Origin: an uncultured Clostridia bacterium
GTDB lineage: Bacteria; Bacillota; Clostridia; TANB77; CAG-508
NCBI GenBank assembly: GCA_944386715.1
Contig: CALXCD010000001.1
Coordinates: 74,408 to 138,407, forward strand
DNA length: 64,000 nt
Reading direction: 5' to 3'
Part shown: one piece after another, positions 58,882-64,000 of the stretch
Position numbering within the stretch: position 1 is the first letter of the stretch
Layout of the letters: each line of letters begins with the position of its first letter
Notes under the pieces: generated by a model
Seen by the model: the letters and a program-made list of their open reading frames with translations, nothing else
Database searches by the model: none
What the model was told of the DNA's origin: nothing
Made by a program: the position numbers and the translations under genes

Positions 58882-60132
58882 TTAATCTAAATGATAAAAT
58901 TTTTTATATAACTGTCTTGCCGTTCTTGGACAATCCACATTAGCATCATCAGAATTTTTAACTGGTGCAAATTCTTCCTCTCTCTTTACACGAAGTACTG
59001 CCATTTTATCTACTGTACCAAAAGCATCAAATAAAAATGCTTCAAATTTATATGCATTTGGAGAATCAGGTACAACCAAATTTCCGTTTTTATCAATATA
59101 TTTTGCCTTTTTATAAGCTAAATGATATGGCAATGGAGCTTCTCCCATTCTTTCAATTGCGGAAACACTAAATAAATTACACAAAATATGAGATTCCCCA
59201 TAAAGTAATTCTCCATTTTCATCTGTAGATTCTGCCATTTCATCTGTAATTTCTGAATATTCAATAACATTAGGTTTTCCATTTCTTCTGCAAAAAACTC
59301 CCACTTTTTCATGAGGATTTGCTTTTACAACTGATTTACAAGCAACTGTTACTTGTTTATCAATAGCAATTCCCATCAAAACAGGGTCTACCATTTTAAC
59401 TAAACAATTATCTACTCCTCCAATGAAAACCCATTCTATTCCTAAGTGCTTCATTTTATCTATCATTCCACTTTTTACTAAGGCTTCATAAATACCACCA
59501 TGACCATTTGCTGCTTGTTTTACTAATCCATCTTCTCCAATTAGGATTTTTCCTTCTGTATCCATCATTGGTATTTCACCTTGTTCAAAGAAAAAGATAT
59601 TTTTATCTTTCTGATAACCAAAATATTTATGTTTTTCGAAAAAAGCAATAGTTTCTTTATTATTTTCTTTACTCGTCATAATAAACCAAGGAATAGTAAC
59701 ATCATATTTTTTACTTTCTTCTTTTAAATTATCACATAATAATTCAAATAAAGATTTATGCGAATCTAACCCGATATCAAAAGTTCCTTTTGGTCCATCA
59801 TGCCCTAATCTTGTTCCTTGTCCTCCTGCCATTGTAACAGCTGCAAGTTTTCCTGCTCGAATTGCCTTTTTCCCTATATTTTCATAATATTTATATTTTT
59901 CATTTAATTTATATTTATCTAAATAATCCATTGGTGTTATTTTATCTTCACCATGTTTATTCTCTTTTTTAGTAGATTGATATAAAGATTGCATTAATTC
60001 GAAATCAATCGATTCAATTTGATCTAATAACATTTTTTTATGAACATCATCCAAATTTTCATATTGATTTAATAAATGTTCTTGCCCATATTTTTTCAAT
60101 ACTGTTTTTATTTCTTCTAATCTTCTGTCCAT
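58882..60132 (-). CDS. UDPGP-family (UAP1/UGP-type) UDP-sugar pyrophosphorylase
   Basis: ORF track 58882..60153. ATG 60132 follows AGGGAG. MAGGQGTRLGHDGPKGTFDIGL and NGHGGIYEAL motifs. Confidence 0.8.
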   Translation of the reverse strand: MDRRLEEIKTVLKKYGQEHLLNQYENLDDVHKKMLLDQIESIDFELMQSLYQSTKKENKHGEDKITPMDYLDKYKLNEKYKYYENIGKKAIRAGKLAAVTMAGGQGTRLGHDGPKGTFDIGLDSHKSLFELLCDNLKEESKKYDVTIPWFIMTSKENNKETIAFFEKHKYFGYQKDKNIFFFEQGEIPMMDTEGKILIGEDGLVKQAANGHGGIYEALVKSGMIDKMKHLGIEWVFIGGVDNCLVKMVDPVLMGIAIDKQVTVACKSVVKANPHEKVGVFCRRNGKPNVIEYSEITDEMAESTDENGELLYGESHILCNLFSVSAIERMGEAPLPYHLAYKKAKYIDKNGNLVVPDSPNAYKFEAFLFDAFGTVDKMAVLRVKREEEFAPVKNSDDANVDCPRTARQLYKKFYHLD

Positions 60133-60237
60133 TGCTATCTCCCTTTCTAGCATTATTTTTTGATATGAATAAAACAGATAATAAGATTATCTGCTTTATA
60201 TTTATACACCATTTTTATAAAATTAGCAACACTTTCC

Positions 60238-60720
60238 CTATAATTTTTCTATTTCTTTTTCGCCTGAAGTACTTAAAATGCTCTTATAAGAAGCCATTAC
60301 AGTATCTATATTATTACCAATTTCTTCGACATCATAACAATCCACAACTTTTATGTGGGAACTTTTATTAATCCAACCTTCTATATTTTTATTGATATTA
60401 CGAATATAATTTTCTTTTCCTTTAATAAAAATAGTAACTTTATTTTGATTTTCTACTTCTCTTTTTATCTCTTTAAATTTTGCAAAATCATCATTTTTCC
60501 AATTAATGGATAATATTTTCTTTTTCCTATCTTCTTTAAAATTCATTTTAGAAAGTAAAGTTTGAATCGTATCTTCTAAATTATTTTCTGTCAAAATAAT
60601 AATCTCTTCATTTTCTTCTAATTTTTTATCGATATAAGGTAAACTTATCATTTCAAAATGATAATCACTTGCAAAAAATGTACAAATTTTTTCTTTTGTT
60701 TCTTTATTCATGAAAAACAT
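60238..60720 (-). CDS. Hypothetical protein
   Basis: ORF track, 160 aa. No family recognised. Divergent from spoIIR. Confidence 0.5.
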   Translation of the reverse strand: MFFMNKETKEKICTFFASDYHFEMISLPYIDKKLEENEEIIILTENNLEDTIQTLLSKMNFKEDRKKKILSINWKNDDFAKFKEIKREVENQNKVTIFIKGKENYIRNINKNIEGWINKSSHIKVVDCYDVEEIGNNIDTVMASYKSILSTSGEKEIEKL

Positions 60721-60925
60721 TCCTTCTTTCTCTTTCAGAATTATTACGGAAATCTAAGTTTTCTTTATTTTTGCTTACTGGTAAATTTTACCATTTATTA
60801 TCAAATATGTCAATATTATTTCAAAGAAAATTTGTCGTGTTTTTTCGACAATGTATAAAATTTTCAAATTTGTTAATAATTAAAGTAAAGAATTTTTTTG
60901 AAAAAAAGTAGATAGGAGGCAAAAA

Positions 60926-61588
60926 ATGAAAAATATATTTCATATCTTTAAAAATCCCAAGGTAAAAATGGTAATTATTCTTAGTTTTCTTTTATTTATA
61001 TACAGCACAATTTGTGCTATTTCATACGCAAAATCAGTTTCTTCCGATATTGCAGAAAGTGTATTTAGGTTACACGTTATTGCTAATAGTGATAGTCAGG
61101 AAGACCAAAATTTAAAATATATTGTACGTGATAATTTACTTTCCTATATGAATGAAATTTGTGCAAATGTAAGTAGCAAAGAAGAAGCCATAGAAATTGC
61201 GAAACAAAATGAAACAGAATTCAAACAAATAGCAATTCAAACAATTCAAGAACAAGGTTATTCTTATGATGTTAATGTTCGTATTGGTAATTTTGAATTT
61301 CCTACAAAACAATATGGCGATATTAGCTTGCCAGCAGGATATTATGATGCTTTGAGAGTAGAAATTGGAGAAGCAAAAGGACAAAATTGGTGGTGTGTCA
61401 TGTTCCCTCCTCTTTGCTTCGTAGATGTCTCTTCTGGTATTGTTCCAGAAGAATCTAAAGAATTAATGCAAGACAATTTAAGTGAAGAAGAATTTGCTCT
61501 TGTTTCTGACCATAATCCAGAAATACAATTTAAATTTAAATTATTAGAATTCTTTACCAATAATGGATTAATCACTGCAAAAAAATAA
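60926..61588 (+). CDS. spoIIR: Stage II sporulation protein R
   Basis: 220 aa with a signal-anchor. FRLHVIANSDSQEDQNLKYIVRDNLL and GEAKGQNWWCVMFPPLCF motifs are typical of SpoIIR. Confidence 0.9.
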   Translation: MKNIFHIFKNPKVKMVIILSFLLFIYSTICAISYAKSVSSDIAESVFRLHVIANSDSQEDQNLKYIVRDNLLSYMNEICANVSSKEEAIEIAKQNETEFKQIAIQTIQEQGYSYDVNVRIGNFEFPTKQYGDISLPAGYYDALRVEIGEAKGQNWWCVMFPPLCFVDVSSGIVPEESKELMQDNLSEEEFALVSDHNPEIQFKFKLLEFFTNNGLITAKK

Positions 61589-61613
61589 GAATAAATTGCT
61601 TATTATTCAGTCT

Positions 61614-61751
61614 ACCATATAATTATATAATTTTGAAACATTGCGTAAGCGACCAAACGAGCAATAGCGAGTGCGATTGGAGCAACTTTCCATTTTTTAT
61701 TTTAAGAAAGTTGCGACAAACAAAATGTAAAAAATTATATAATTATATGGT
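61614..61751. repeat. Perfect 21-bp inverted repeats bracketing a 96-nt GC-richer structured insert
   Basis: accatataattatataatttt (61614..61634) and aaaattatataattatatggt (61731..61751). The interior contains the hairpin gcaactttc-N15-gaaagttgc. Confidence 0.8.
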
Positions 61752-61921
61752 AAAATAGTAATAACACAAATAATAAAGGAATCACTCTTAATCCTTTAAA
61801 AAATATTGCAATAATTTTAACTTTATGTTATATTAATTTGTAGAATAGAGTGTTATATATATTTACACTCTATTTTTAAATGGATTTTATAAAATAGATA
61901 TATTTATTGGGGGTAATTTAA

Positions 61922-63181
61922 TTGGAAAAATTAGTAGTAACAGGACCTACTTCGCTAAAAGGTGAAGTAACCATTAGTGGAGCAAAAAACGCAGCAGTAG
62001 CAATATTGCCAGCAACACTTTTAATAGAAGGTGTTTGCACGATTGAAAATCTACCAAATATAAGTGACATCAAAATTTCATGCACCATACTAGAAAAACT
62101 AGGAGCTAAAATCACTTGGAATAATAAAAATAGTATTACCATTGACACTTCAAATATTACCACCACAAAAGCACCATTAGATTTAACTAGTAAATTTAGG
62201 GCTTCTTACTATATTATTGGAGCCATGCTTGGTAGAAAAGGAGAAATAGAAGTAGGAATGCCAGGTGGTTGCAAATTAGGTGCAAGACCAATTGATCAAC
62301 ACATCAAAGGATTTGAATTATTAGGTGCTAATGTCACAGTAGAAAAAGGAAAAATATATGCAAAAGCCAAAAAACTAAAAGGTAGTCCTGTTTATATGGA
62401 TATCGTTTCCGTAGGAGCTACCATTAATGTCATGCTAGCTGCTGTCCTAGCAAAAGGAACTACTATCATTGATAACGCTGCTAAAGAACCCCATATTGTA
62501 GATGTTGCCAACTTCTTAAATACGATGGGAGCTGATATTAGAGGTGCCGGAACAGATGTTATTAAAATTAATGGTGTTGAAAAATTACATGGAAATGCCA
62601 CCTATTCTGTTGTGCCAGACCAAATCGAAGCAGGAACATTTATGCTAGCAGCTGTTGCAAGTAGAGGAGATTTATTAATCAAAAACTGTATTACAAAACA
62701 CTTAGAATCTATTACTGCTAAAATTATAGAAGTAGGCGGAAATGTAGAAGATTACAGTGATAGTATTCGTGTTTGGTGTAACAAAAGACCTAATAAAGCT
62801 AATATTAAAACATTACCTTATCCAGGATTTCCAACAGACTTACAACCTCAAATGGGAGTAGTATTGTCCCTTGCAAATGGAACTAGTATCATTAATGAAA
62901 GTATTTGGGATTCTAGATTTCAATATACAGATGAATTAAATAAAATGGGAGCTAAAATCACCGCACAAGGCAAAACAGCCTTTTTTGAAGGTGTCAAAAA
63001 ATTATATGGTGCTCCTGTATATTCTTCTGATTTAAGGGCAGGAGCAGCTCTTGTTATTGCTGGAATTGTTGCAGAAGGAGAAACCGATATTTATAACTTA
63101 CAACATATTGATAGAGGTTATGAAAATATTGAAGAAAAATTTAGAAATATCGGAGCTAAAATCAAAAGAGTAACAGAATAA
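61922..63181 (+). CDS. murA: UDP-N-acetylglucosamine 1-carboxyvinyltransferase (TTG start)
   Basis: 419 aa. ISGAKNAAVAILPA. Catalytic Cys loop MPGGCKLGARPIDQH. C-terminal HIDRGYENIEEKF. Confidence 0.95.
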   Translation: MEKLVVTGPTSLKGEVTISGAKNAAVAILPATLLIEGVCTIENLPNISDIKISCTILEKLGAKITWNNKNSITIDTSNITTTKAPLDLTSKFRASYYIIGAMLGRKGEIEVGMPGGCKLGARPIDQHIKGFELLGANVTVEKGKIYAKAKKLKGSPVYMDIVSVGATINVMLAAVLAKGTTIIDNAAKEPHIVDVANFLNTMGADIRGAGTDVIKINGVEKLHGNATYSVVPDQIEAGTFMLAAVASRGDLLIKNCITKHLESITAKIIEVGGNVEDYSDSIRVWCNKRPNKANIKTLPYPGFPTDLQPQMGVVLSLANGTSIINESIWDSRFQYTDELNKMGAKITAQGKTAFFEGVKKLYGAPVYSSDLRAGAALVIAGIVAEGETDIYNLQHIDRGYENIEEKFRNIGAKIKRVTE

Positions 63182-63215
63182 TTTTTATAATAAACAAAGG
63201 AAAGAAGAGAAAAAC

Positions 63216-64000
63216 ATGCTAAATTTTTGTAGTTTATATAGTGGTAGTAGCGGAAATAGTTTACTAGTAGAAACCGAAAATACAAAATTACTAATTGATG
63301 CAGGTGTTAGTAGCAAAAAAATAGAAAATGCTTTGCAAGATATCCATATTGAACCTAGTTCTATTAATGGAATTTTAGTAACACATGAACATACAGACCA
63401 TGTACAAGGCTTAGGCACTATTTCTAAAAAATTTGATTTACCTGTTTTTGTTAATCAAGAAACTTTAGATGCCATGCCTAAACAAAAAGATAAAATAGCA
63501 TCCAAAAATATCAAAACATTTAAAATTGCAGATAAATTTTCCATTGGAGATTTAGAAATCAAACCATTTTCCATTCCTCATGATGCTGCAAATCCTTGTG
63601 GTTTCAATATCTGGAAAGAAAATAAGAAAATTAGTATAGCAACAGATATCGGTCAAATGACAAATTCTATTTTAAAAGAATTAGAAGAAAGTCTATTTAT
63701 CTTGTTAGAAGCAAACTATGACCCAGATGTATTACGTTGCTCTTCTTATCCATTTCCTTTAAAAAACAGAATTGCAGGACCTACTGGACATTTATCCAAT
63801 GAAATGGCAGGTAAAACTATCTCTCATCTATTAAAATCTGGATTAAAAAATGCAATGCTTGGTCATTTAAGTAAAGAAAGTAATTTTCCAGAGCTTGCTT
63901 ATCAAACTGTAATAGATGAACTAATTTCTAACCATTATGATGAAAATACATTAAACCTAAGTGTCGCAAGTAGAAATTTACATAGTAAATTAATCACCAT
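63216..64000 (+). CDS. YycJ/WalJ-like MBL-fold metallo-hydrolase. The 3' end runs off the window.
   Basis: Absent from the ORF track because there is no stop in the window. Hand translation from ATG 63216 after AAAGGAAAGAAGAG gives MLNFCSLYSGSSGNSLLVETENTKLLIDAGVS..GILVTHEHTDHVQGLG (HxHxDH) ..GHLSNEMAG..LGHLSKESN. Confidence 0.8.
   Translation, partial: MLNFCSLYSGSSGNSLLVETENTKLLIDAGVSSKKIENALQDIHIEPSSINGILVTHEHTDHVQGLGTISKKFDLPVFVNQETLDAMPKQKDKIASKNIKTFKIADKFSIGDLEIKPFSIPHDAANPCGFNIWKENKKISIATDIGQMTNSILKELEESLFILLEANYDPDVLRCSSYPFPLKNRIAGPTGHLSNEMAGKTISHLLKSGLKNAMLGHLSKESNFPELAYQTVIDELISNHYDENTLNLSVASRNLHSKLIT

Overview
Strongly AT-rich, densely coding chromosomal window with a Firmicutes/Clostridia-type, spore-former gene content, mostly on the minus strand. 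All calls come from reading the sequence and the ORF translations. No database search was possible.

Layout:
- 1-17.2 kb: two tandem copies of a two-gene module encoding giant (about 1300-1650 aa) secreted surface proteins. They carry DUF11-, SpaA/Cna-B- and SdrD-B-type repeats and unusual C-terminal sorting-signal-like tails. The leftmost gene runs off the window and is missing from the ORF track.
- 18-24 kb: minC, PBP2, mreD, mreC, mreB, radC.
- 24-37 kb: mecA, M23 peptidase, CotF-like pair, pcrA, LMW phosphatase, ZIP transporter, prfA, YhaN/YhaO (SbcC/SbcD-like).
- 37.4-41.6 kb: small conjugative-element remnant (type IV coupling protein, two small ORFs, J-domain protein).
- 41.7-64 kb: ddl-murF, Rpn-family nuclease, SASP, VanW, ypeB-sleB, glycolipid glycosyltransferase, recR-ybaB-dnaX-SRP RNA-tadA, tRNA-Arg(CCU), TtcA-like, phosphoglucomutase, UDPGP, spoIIR, murA, partial YycJ-like hydrolase.

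Main finding: six genes (minC, mreB, radC, pcrA, the ZIP transporter, the T4 coupling protein) are each interrupted by exactly one extra nucleotide. Every break sits at an in-frame CGG codon, and its +1 reading (C|GGN) restores a glycine at the position where the family motif has one, together with the rest of the protein. In-frame CGG is otherwise almost absent from the window. This is a candidate codon-specific +1 recoding system. The alternative explanations are a systematic assembly artefact or real pseudogenes.

Second theme: families of nested palindromic intergenic repeats. One is MITE-like (six copies), one is a 29-nt palindrome (five copies), and one is a 25-bp perfect hairpin (two copies).
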